Shown here one piece after another: positions 10,640-21,654 of a DNA stretch of 64,000 nucleotides. A program made the position numbers and the translations under genes. The DNA is from Vermamoeba vermiformis (taxonomy: Eukaryota): the NCBI GenBank assembly GCA_045837725.1, contig JBEWZL010000213.1, positions 124,001 to 188,000 of the forward strand. The letters run 5' to 3'. The first letter of the stretch is position 1. Each line of letters starts with the position of its first letter. The notes under the pieces were generated by a model. It saw only the letters and a program-made list of their open reading frames with translations, searched no databases and was not told the DNA's origin.

Positions 10640-12565
10640 CTATTCATCGTCAGACCAGTCGTCACTACCGCCTTGTTGATTATTAAAGTCATCATCGCCT
10701 TCACCCATAGCAGCTCTAAACACGAAAACAATCAATAAGAGTTCAAAAGGATTAATTAACGCTGCAAGCTAAAAATACCTCAATGCTTCAATCTTGCTGC
10801 GCAATCTCGCTTGCAAATCGAAGTCGTTTGGATTAATCTCGCCGCTATCACCAGACGGCTTCTCAACTTTCTTCAGCGCAATTCCCTTTTGGATCTGCGA
10901 CGCGAATGAGTTCGAGGTCGGAACTTCTTCTTGATACTCCTCTTGGTATTCTTCGCCGTAGTATTCTTCTTGGTATTGCTGTTGTGGAGGTGGCGCAACA
11001 GGAGGACGAGGCGATGGTGGAGGTTTCTAAACGGAAAGCATTAATTAAGGGCAAAAAATTGATTTGGCTCGTTTTAGGCATGAGATCAGCTTATGTGTTG
11101 CGAGTGTTACTTACAGGAGCACCACCCATGCCAGGACCTGGAGGGCCTGGTGGTGGGGGAGGTGGTGGCGGGGCTGCAACGCTCATGCCTCCGCCGCTAG
11201 GTGTTGGTGGAGGAGGTGGCGGAGCAGTGCCCATCTTCGGCGCACCTGAGCTTGCACCGGGGCCAGGAGGAGGAGGAGGTGGCGCAGCACCGCCCATCAA
11301 TTCGTTGTAAATCACTGGTGCCATCCGCTTATCCGTTAATTCGTTCTCTTTAATACCGACAGTTTGGAACAGTTGTTTCCATTCGGGAGGAATGTTATTA
11401 ATCTAATAATACTAGAAGTTAATAAAAGCACTCAAGGTCATTGTAAACTGAATCAATCAGTTGATTAAAATAGAAGTTAAAAGATTGCATCCACAACGAG
11501 ATCTCGAGACAAATCTCAATTTGAATCCTCTCAAAGAGATAAAAGTATTATATGGAGCTTACTTCGAATATGCCTTGGTCTGCATTCCAACCGGCATGAG
11601 AGACGTGCTTGAAGCCTCGTGGATCCGACAACGTAAAGTTCGCGGGGCTTGATTTGCTTTCTTTACCTCCGAAGAGCTTCTTGAAGAAACCAGGCTATTA
11701 TAATACTCATTAGTTCCATATTTCGACCTTGGAATAACGAAAGTAATACCTTCTTGTCCTTTTTCTTGTCTTTCGGTTTGGACGATCCGGCCGGGGTGCT
11801 GGCGTTCGACTTGCCAGGAGGAGCCGACAAGGGATTGCTACGGCAAAAATCTACTTTCTTTTGGAAATTTCCGGACTCGGCTTCATCAGCAAAGGACAAG
11901 CCAGCGACGAACTGATCCGTTTCGAAAGTGTGGAAGAAGGACGTCGGAGCAGAGTAGGTAAAGTTCTCGTAGAGCTCTTGCGAGAATACTACTCTTTGAG
12001 ACTACGTAAAGTATTTAATTAGTTGGACGAGAAGGCAGAATAAAACAATTTGGATGTCGCGCCGATCAACTCGAATTGCAATGAGGTAAAACACAGTTGA
12101 GGTGAAATTAAAAGCATCATGCCATCGCGAATGTATTTGTAGTATATTAATAATGATGTTCATCGAGCAATTTGGGCGCTTTTGGTGACACTTACAGTCA
12201 AATCCACAATCTTGATAAAGTGGGCTGCCTTGGTCGGGTCCGTCAAAATGCACGCAGCTCCGACTATTCCGGTATAGCCCCAGCCAGTTCCTTCTGCACG
12301 ATAAAGACGCGCTACGGTCTTCTCGTGAATCTAGGCAAAAAAAAATTAAGCTTTTCTTTAAAAATATTTGGATAGTATATAATTTTCGTAATATATAATT
12401 ATCGCAATAATTATTATTGATAATTGGAATATTATTTGATTTTTTCAAGCAAATTGAAACAGATTAACAAAATCGTAATCTTTTTTGAATTCCAACACTT
12501 ACAATGCAAATAGGACCAATTGCACTCGTTATAATTGGTTGATCACTAGATTCTAATGATGGCAT
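10640..12565 (-). CDS. WASP: Wiskott-Aldrich syndrome protein family actin nucleation-promoting factor
   Basis: WH1 (VFSQELYENFTY...FFHTFE...GLSFADEAE), CRIB (SDPRGFKHVSHAGW, IPPEWKQLF), poly-Pro, WH2 (FASQIQKGIALKKV) and an acidic DDWSDDE C-terminus. Confidence 0.93.
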
Positions 12566-12915
12566 TTGTGTTGCTCTGTTACAAGTTAAACTTAGAAGGA
12601 TCGAATTTTATCGAGACTATCTTTTCAGCGAACGTGATTGAACTTTTACGAAGATTTATTGCGTAATTACACTAATATACATTGTTATGTGACCTGTTTA
12701 AGCAGAGATGACATTACCTCGCTGAGTCTTTACAACCTGGATCTTTTTTCTACCGGAGCAAGGAATCGGCCGATAACACATATTATTAGTAAATAATAAG
12801 ATATTAGTACTTATAAGGTAATAATCCTTCTCTAAGCAAATTCTCAACGTCAAAATGAATTTTTCGTATTTTTTGTTTTGTCGCTCTCGATCGAACAAAA
12901 AACACAACAACAGCA

Positions 12916-14716
12916 ATGCAATACGATCAACGCGCACCATTTCCACCTAGAGGACCTATGCCTCCTATGGGCATGCCACCCGGAGGCTTTCCCGGTGCGC
13001 CACCACCTCCATTCCCAGGTGGATACGGTGCGCCGAATCTAACCCCACCAATATTCACACCAGTGATAGTTAAGAAGCGTATTACTGCCGATGATGTATA
13101 TAAGAATGAAATTGAAGTAGCAGAGAAAAGATCAGCTTTGCAACTCGCATTCGTCTACATGTGCGACTTCAATAAGCCTTTGGGCCAGTTTTTAGAAGGA
13201 TTAGATAATACTACAGTTGCTATTATTAGTAATTCAGCGGAAGATAGAGTCAGATCATATTTTGAAGCCAATGTTGTTAAGCATCAGCTCTTTACCGTAG
13301 AACAATTCAGAAATACAGATTTACAAGCTAAAGTAAGCAGAAAAAAATATTAAAAATTACGTTGGTATTATAGTGTTAATACCGAATAATTTACGCCGTT
13401 GTGCCGCTGATTTTTAATTGCTGGACGAATAATAATTACAATTTTATTTCAATTTTTCTTAATTGGCCTGTTTTATGTTCTTATCGATTAAAATATTATT
13501 CCTATAAATAAGAAGTCATATTAATATTTTTTGCAGGTTGTTGTGTTGACCGGCCAGTTGGCGGGATTTGACGAAGCAGATGCACTTAAATTAGCAGCTT
13601 TTGTGGAGGCTGGTGGCATTGTATTATCATTCAACGAGGCTGTCGTCGCGCTCAATAAGGCGTTTCCCAATATTCTTAAATTCAAAGGAGGTTATACCAC
13701 AGGTACGTAGATATTTTTCAACACCTCAGATCCCCTTGAAAAACAATCCCAAAAAATTATTCCAAATATATTAAAATATTATAAAAAAAGCAGGAATAAT
13801 ATTTTTATCTTGCTATACTTACGACCCTAATTTTTTTTAATATTTTTTTCAAGCCGACAAATCGATTCAAATTCAAGTGAACGAGCAAGAAGCGGAAAAT
13901 AATTTGTTCAAATCGAGTGTGACAGCAGCACGCCAAGAACAATTATTCCGACGATCAGGTCTGCAACGATTCTCAGTGAACGAAACGAGCGCGACACCAG
14001 TCACCGTCCTCGCTCAAGAAACACAGCCGAGTCCGATGCCACTCGCCGTTAAATTTCAGCGCGGCAATGGCACTGTCTATCACGTGGTCGCTGATCATTT
14101 GTTCACGCAGGTAAGCACGCGAACAAAAAATATATTTTTCAAGGGCTGTTTGAACGAACCATTATCACTGGTCGTAATTTTAATAACGACGCCTCGTGCG
14201 AATAATAACGTTATTTTCGTGTGGTACGATATTAGTATCATTAGAAAGGTGTAGTTATTGGAGGACAAAAATTTGGATCAGCATCCGAGATCTGGACGCT
14301 AGATCTAATGCCAATTATGCTATCCGATTAATTCGTATTCTCTTAAAAATATTTTAATATTACATCGATTCTGCTTTTAGTAATATTATAGTACTGCTTA
14401 CTATTTTGAGCTGTGTAGATCTCGGTTTTTTTTTGTCATTTCGTAATGTGAATTGTACTGACGTTTATTTTATTACTAGCATCTGATCCCTAATGAAGTG
14501 CGTCAACAATATTTCAAATTAAATCAAAAAGATTACAGCAAGCGAATTTTACAGACAGTCGAAGCAACGACACAACCGAAAGTACATCCAGCCACTCGAA
14601 GTGCGTGGCGGTTGGCGTTTTATACTGGCATGTACGAGGCCGTTCATGAAGCGATCAAGATTATTCCGTCTTTGGAAATGACTTTTGAATTGCTACGAAA
14701 AGTTTTGCAGAAGTGA
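12916..14716 (+). CDS. Pro-rich N-terminus plus class I glutamine amidotransferase-like domain protein, 4 exons
   Basis: Exons join through GT-AG introns. VVVLTG...KLAAFVEAGGIVLSF and PLAVKFQRGNGTVYHV resemble a GATase1-like fold (inference). Confidence 0.6.
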
Positions 14717-14849
14717 AAATGAAAACGAGATGTGATCTAAAACCGAAACAAAATGTGATAAATTATGATTATTTGTGCTTTATTCGAATAAAACAAGCTT
14801 TGTAATGCATAAGAAGTACTGTACTATTAATTCTCAATGTTGTCAGAAA

Positions 14850-16760
14850 GAGACACCGGAAAAATGCAAAAACGACAACGCCGAGATAACGGATGTGCGC
14901 GCAGCCACAAAGGCGAGAGAAGGCCCGCAGCAAGATGAGCATCATGTCCTGCAGAAGAAAGAAGGAGACCCGCGCGACGCGAGGAAGGAAAGGGCCCCCC
15001 CCCCCCGCCCACCCGGCGCGACCACAGCGGCGGGCGCGACGGCGGGAGCGCGCAAAACGGCGCGGCGCGGACCCCCACCCCCCACCCGACCGCCCCAGAG
15101 CCCGCGCCGAACACGCCCCCCCCCAACCCGGCCCCCCCCCCGAAGAGAACCAGAGCGCCCGCCCCCCCACCCCAGAGGAGGAGCGGCCCCCTCCCCCCAC
15201 AGCACGAAGAACCGCCCACACCCGCAGAACCACCCTCCCGCAGCACCGTCGCGCCACACACGAGCCCACCACCCAGGCGCCAGGGAGGGCGACCCCCCCC
15301 ACCCCGCGCCTGAGCCCCGCACCCCACGCGAGAGGCCCCGCCGGAGCCACCCCCCCGAACCCGGCAGAACGAGGAACACGATTGAAGACACGGGCTGCTC
15401 CGGTGCCGAAACAGAAGCGGGCGCCGCGCGCCCAGGCCGCGCCCCCCACCCACTGGAGGGAGGCCGGTTCCACCAGCAGTACGGAGAGGGACGCCGCCCA
15501 GGCAGGCGGCCAGACGGGGGGCGGCGGGTCGGGGGCGCCGCGCAATGCGGCCGGCGGGTCCGGAGCGGGGGCGCGCCGCCGGCCCCCCCCGGGGGGCGGG
15601 GCGGGCTTGGTTTTCGCGCCGGTGCTCCTCCTCGCAGATCGCCCGGGCCCCCCCCCTCACCCACCAGCCCCGCCGGCCCCATTTAACCCTACACTAAACC
15701 CACACCCCCAACACCAAATACTTACATACCTACCCACCAAACCCAACCACCCCATATATCTTCCCCTTCTACCTACCCTAAATATAAACCTCTCAATCAC
15801 TTCAACCTCCTAACCCCTCCCAACACACCCCTACAACGTTTACCAATCCCACACCACCCGCACAGAGCAGCTCCCTCTAACCCATCTAAAAAACCAAACA
15901 TGCTACCTATAACCCACCCACCCCCCCACCCCCACCCTACCAACCACCAACAACACAAACACATCACTCTCCCACTCTAACCTCTACCCCACCCCCACCA
16001 ACACAACACAAATCACTCACTCAATCTAAGCAAACAAACCCTACAACTCTCCCTAGGCCACGAAGGCCCTCAAAAAGGGAGGGGGGTTGTGTTGGGGGGG
16101 ATGGGGGGGGGGGGGGTGTGAGTGACTGGGAATTTGGAGTGGGGGGCCTCCTTAGGAGGGGGTAGGAAAGTATAAAGATTTGTTTTTTTTTTCACCGGGT
16201 TCTAATGGATGGATCCCCAGACGCCCAGGGAGGTCGTCATAGTGGAATCACGAGGCGGGGCATAGGGAGGGCTGCCCAGATTTCGGCTGCCCGAACTGCG
16301 AAAGGACGACGAGAGGATGAGCGGATTGAGAGGGGCTTTTCCTCCCCAGCGAAATTTCGGAAGGTGGGGAGGCGGGGGGGGCAGGGGGGGGGGTGGGGGG
16401 AGGGTGGGGGGGTGGCGTTTTAGGGGGGGGAGGGTGCGGGGCGGGTGGGGGGGTTAGGAACCAATGCCTTTAGATTGAATTTACCCAGATTCCTCAATGG
16501 GTTGTCAATTTCATTAGCAGCGGCAAGTAGCACCACTGGCAGAGAAACACACAAGTGTTGAGTGTGAGCCTGGCAATATTGTTTTTTTGACGGTTGCAGG
16601 CAAGACAACCGACATTTACTGCTCGTAATGAATTCCGTTCCTCAAGTAACCTTTTTGTTTCATTTACCAAACTGTAGTAGTTTCTATTTTATAATAAATG
16701 TTGACCATACAATGCTTCTAATAATAGCTTTATTGACTCCCTCTTTCCCTCTCTCCAAAT
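14850..16760. other. anomalous GC-rich, low-complexity block (suspected artefact or foreign sequence)
   Basis: Abrupt compositional shift: C-rich, then C/A-rich (~14990-16055), then G-rich (~16075-16455). It contains long homopolymers, multiple overlapping open frames and no local-style gene structure. Confidence 0.75.
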
Positions 16761-16881
16761 CTCGCAGGAAAAAAAAATACCGACGATTTGAATCTCCGCT
16801 TAATCTCGTAACGAAAACCATATTTTTGGCATCGGCATACTTTTATAACAATAGTTTGTAATTGCTAATAGCACAACTTAA

Positions 16882-19291
16882 ATGTCTCATTTAGCAGCAT
16901 TGTTAATCTCGTATTGCCACGAGAATTTAGATTACACGCCTGAACAGCTCGAACAACAGCGCATCTGGGAAGAGGAGCGAAAAGAAAAACGAAAGCACAC
17001 TATCTTTAACAAAACGCAATTTGAGCAATTCGCGAAAGCGGAAGGTGAAAATGGAGGTAAGGAGAGAAATTAAATTTACAAATTATTGTCAAACCAGGAA
17101 GCACGATGTATAATTATGCACGATGTCATTATTAGTATTTTTAAAATTTTTAAAATACTTGGAACATTCTAACTGAAATACTAACGCCTCCAAAAAGCAC
17201 TCGGAGTTAAGGTTCTTCGCGACAAGACTGGCGTGCTCCATTGGATGGAGACCAAAGTATGGCCATTTCACTACACCTATTTGGTGCGCAACTTAGGCGA
17301 GACTAGGTGCGTAAGCACGATCTTTGTATCTGGAATTCTAAACCGTTAATTTTAGGACTTTGCAGGAATTCAACGAACAAATGTACACGGGCAAAGACCG
17401 ATCAATGATGCTAGCCACGGTGATGGCATATACTGACTCGAAGGATCAGCGATATTGTTGCTTGGAGTTGAACCCGGCAGATCCGATGGACGATCTTGAA
17501 AAACTCAACGGTTTCTTCGAAGACGTAAAGAAGAATTTCATGACTGAAGACCCCTCTAACGTCACATTATACTTCCATCCGACATCGGCAGTGCAAATCG
17601 AGGCCATCAAAAACAAACAGATCTGTTTGCCTGTAATTACCTCAGAGACGCTCTTCGGCGGCATTATGTATCAAATGATATACCCAGGCAAATTAGATTA
17701 CAAAACCGTTCGAGTCTTTTATCAGAAGAGCTACAAAGAAGAAGATCTTCATAACTGGCTGTTGAAACGAACACCCGATGAAATTGTTGTGATTCCATCA
17801 GTCCCAGCTGACATTCCCGTAGTTGGAGCAGTGATCTGTGGTGAAATTATTCCGCCTTTGTGTCACGTGGCTCTTTTGTGTCAAAACAGACAAACTCCTT
17901 GCTGCTACTTTAAAGATTGTATGGCGCAAGCCAGCAAGGGTTTGGCAAACCGAGTCGTAACTGGCACAATAGCTAAAACTGGGCTCTGCCTGAGCGGCAC
18001 GTACGAAATTGAGGAGCAGCACACTGCGCCACCTCCAAAGCTCGAAGTTCATCAGCCAAATATGAATGTGACCAATTTAGTTGACGTTCACGAAGACAAG
18101 GAGCTCGCAGAGGATAGTAACGTTGTTGGTGCTAAGGCGGCACAGTTTGCCAAAGTTGAATCGGTTTATAATCAATCGATATTCAACGGAACTTTTGTGG
18201 TGCCATTCAGCCACTACCACAAGCATGTCTACTTAACGCATCAAGTCTCGACGGCCATTTGCTACGCATATGAACTTACCAAAGGAAAAGACTTCAGTAT
18301 TAACAAGTTCAAAGCGGTTCAAGAGGCAATTCGACAGGCACCAATTGATCATGAACTCGTCGTCAACGTGATCGAGAGAATTAAAAAGCACAACATGACA
18401 TCTGTCATCTTTAGAAGCTCAACGAACGCAGAAGACTTGCCTGGCTTCAACGGTGCTGGCCTCTACGAGTCTGTGCCACTGAGCGGAAGTGACTTGCACG
18501 ATGCTCAAAAGGTCGGTTCTGCAATCAAGAAAGTTTGGGCCAGTGTTTGGAAGCCGACGTACGTGTTAATTTTTCGAAGACTGGACTGACGTTCCATTAT
18601 AGGTGTGTTAAAGAACGACAACACTATGGAATCCCTCACGAGAGCGTCAAAGCCGCCGTATTGGTACAGCCGTTCATTGACAAGGACATGAAAGGTGTGA
18701 AAGTACACTACAACGGGGTGTGCATCACTCACGATGTTGCTCGTCACAAAGTCAAGCACGGATTTGTCGTCAACTGGTACGTCACATTGCGAATAAATCC
18801 ATCGATGCTAATTGTTTTATATAAGTTTCCCGGGGACAAAATTACGAGCCACGAATATCTATAAGGATCAATTCCCTGAACATACAACGATCGTGCTGGG
18901 TCGAGAAACAAGTTCAATTGACTTGCAGATCTCAACATTAGCTACGGGCCAATCACAGTCGATGATCACACAGGAGGACGCCGAAAAGATGGTCCGAGTT
19001 TTTGGAGCAATTCATCATGCAATGCTTAACAAGCCGCACCAGTTCGAAGACACAATGGCACTTGACATCGAGTTCATGATTGTTGACAATGACAATTCAA
19101 ACAACAGCCGCGAGTTGGTGGTGCTGCAAGCGCGTCCTTATACTGTCAATGTAGCTGCACCTGACGTGCTGGGAGAACTCGATCGAGATGTCAGACTTTC
19201 TGTGGCCGGGTATCAGTGGTCGACCGAAAACGATAAGAGGATGTTTTTTTATACTGGATTCTTTTGCACAACAACAAAAAACTTCGTGTAA
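16882..19291 (+). CDS. PEP/pyruvate-binding (PPDK_N, ATP-grasp) dikinase-like protein with an upstream phospho-His motif
   Basis: PPLCHVALLCQNRQTP, VGAKAAQF, FVVPFSHY, FRSSTNAEDLPGFNGAGLYES, AIKKVWASVW, AAVLVQ, LDIEF and VLQARP; four GT-AG introns. Confidence 0.88.
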
Positions 19292-19538
19292 TAATGCATG
19301 AACTTATTGTAGCAGATCTAAAGTAAAATACCTATTATTATTATTAGTTCTATAATTAGTCCTCTAATTGCGTCGAGGAACCGCAAGTCCCGAAATTCGA
19401 CCTTGACCGGTAGAATTACCAATGGGGACCGGGCGTGCTGTTGCAGCACATAATCTGAACTTTTTACTAGAAATTCGTTGACCAAATCCGTGGTTGCGTT
19501 AACTTTTTGAATTTTATAATTAAGATCTTACATTATTT

Positions 19539-21333
19539 CTATTCTTTCGTTGCCCAAGTATCTTGTAATAGGTTAAGCAACCCTGCAAGTTGTTCTTTAG
19601 AAGCTGAGTAAGTTTTCTCTCCGATCAGATCTGGATCGTTAAAAATAGCCAAGTAGGCGCGAACTCTATCCACGATGCGTTGTCGTAATGAATATCCACT
19701 CAACACCAAGTCTTTCTCCCATACACGCGGTAACAGATCCGCTATTGTGGTGATAGTGTGGTACAGGCTCCATTTGGTGATTTGACTGGCGAATTGGTGA
19801 GGCGTCAGGGAACTTTCCCAGCGTGATTTGTACGCGCGTTCAAAGGCCTTGATGAAATTCATGGGCAATTTTTCGATGCACCAACACGTAGGGAACGTCA
19901 TGCGCATAAAAGTGACGTCGTAGAAGATGTTTCTGATGCCGGATCTGCTGTAGTCCACAAAGTAGATTTGATCGATGTGCTTTTGTGACTTATCGTAGCG
20001 TAAGAGGACGTTGTCGGGACATAAATCGCCGTGCGCCAGCATGTAGAACGGATCTGCCAAAAAATGAAAAAATTAGCTCCCGATCTCAGATTCATAATGC
20101 ACTATTTATATTAATATATACGAAAGTTCATATTATAGTATCTTGAGGTTTTAAAAAACAATTGAGACTTGCCTGATTTGGAGTTCAAACCAGTCTTGCG
20201 TCGTTGAGCGAGCTGTTTTAGTTCTTTTTCAAACACGTCGAGTTCCGTGTCAAAATTTGACACTTTTGACACGCCGAGAGCAGGCCAGATCTCGTTCAAA
20301 ACCTCACGTGATTGGCCAAAGACTTCCAGATCTTCTTCCAAAGTTTCGTCGTGGTCCATGTGGCCATAAGTAGCACTTGATATTAATTGGTCAAAGTCAC
20401 GTGCTTTATCTTGTGTCGATCGATGGAAGTCAGCAAGAGTTTCGCCAAATTTGGTAAAGAGTTCTTCAGTCAATAATGAGCGTTCTTTTTTTAAGACATC
20501 GCATAGCGTCATTGAAGAACTTAAGTGTTCTGATACTATAATACCAGCAGTATCATCGCTGCCGATATAAGCCGGCCAGATCTGTTTTTCTGCCAAAAAT
20601 TAAAATTTTAGATCGCGATTTAACTTCATTATTATTTTGAATAGTACGTACCAGGTTGAGTCACTGAATTAAGTCCTTGTAACACTGCTTTCTCGCTACA
20701 AAATTCTAATGTTGATGGATTGATTTCAACTCTTGGAGTCCAAGTCACATTTCGCGGATGCACGTACGATCCAAATTCTTTGGCGATTAAGTGCACAGAC
20801 TTGTCTTTATCCTTATTTGACGATATGCTAACAGATAGCTTCTTAATAATATGGCCAGTGTTCTGATTGGAAGGCTTTGAAGGATTCGACAGTGTTGTTA
20901 GCGATTTCAACTTGACATCCGCTGTCTTGTAATGGCCCGACAGAATCTTTGATAGAGATGCACCTTCTTTGTACTCTATAATAAAAATATGAATATATTA
21001 GAGCTACTGGTGGAATAGAAACGAGTTGGCAGTGACGAATCTAGCAAATCGATAGAAATGAAAAAAATTAATTACAAAATACGGAATTGAATAATTTCAT
21101 AATAGTAATAATATCATTTACTTACGGGAGAAGGATTTTTCATTGGTGTCTTGTGGAGGGCTAGATGTGACTGTAGGCTCTTCAGGTAATGTTACAATGT
21201 ACAGTACCACGGCGGAAATTATTACTAAAATAGGAAATACTCGGGCAAATACTGTAGGACGAGGTGGCTCCTTGTTTTGAACATTTGGAGCGGATCTTGT
21301 CGGGACCGCTGCGGGCTTGGCTCGTTTCGACAT
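19539..21333 (-). CDS. APH/choline-kinase-family phosphotransferase with an N-terminal TM anchor
   Basis: LADFH motif, Brenner motif HGDLCPDN, FVDYSRSG and RMTFPTCWC; exon 1 contains the TM segment VFPILVIISAVVLYIV. Confidence 0.85.
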
Positions 21334-21654
21334 TGATAGGTGGGATTAAATATTAAAATAAATGTATTATACAGCAGTCATATTAATAAGGCGTAATTTT
21401 GTGGTGTGCGCGCCTTTTTTGTATTTAAAATAAAAAATCTATTCGTTTCATTTGTTTTCTCCTTTTCAATCAATGCTATCACTAGCTTCAAATAATCGTG
21501 ACTAAAATAGGTAATTGGTTCACAGCGATATAAGTGGTAAGCTCATTTAGCAAGCAGATCTCGAACAAATTTTAATATCAATGCAGTGATTATTTTATTA
21601 ACTGATAATAATCATAATTAATTCGTAAAATTATTATAGAGTAGTATTTTTGAA

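Noticed and set aside
14769..15813. Five long overlapping Pro/Arg/Gly-rich ORFs
   Set aside because: They result from stop-codon scarcity in GC-rich low-complexity sequence and show no domain or splice structure.
19380..19510. Resemblance to U5 loop I, the SRP Alu domain or an HDV ribozyme
   Set aside because: The invariant GCCTTTTAC is not matched, and the P1/P3/P1.1 topology could not be built. Kept only as an unassigned structured candidate.
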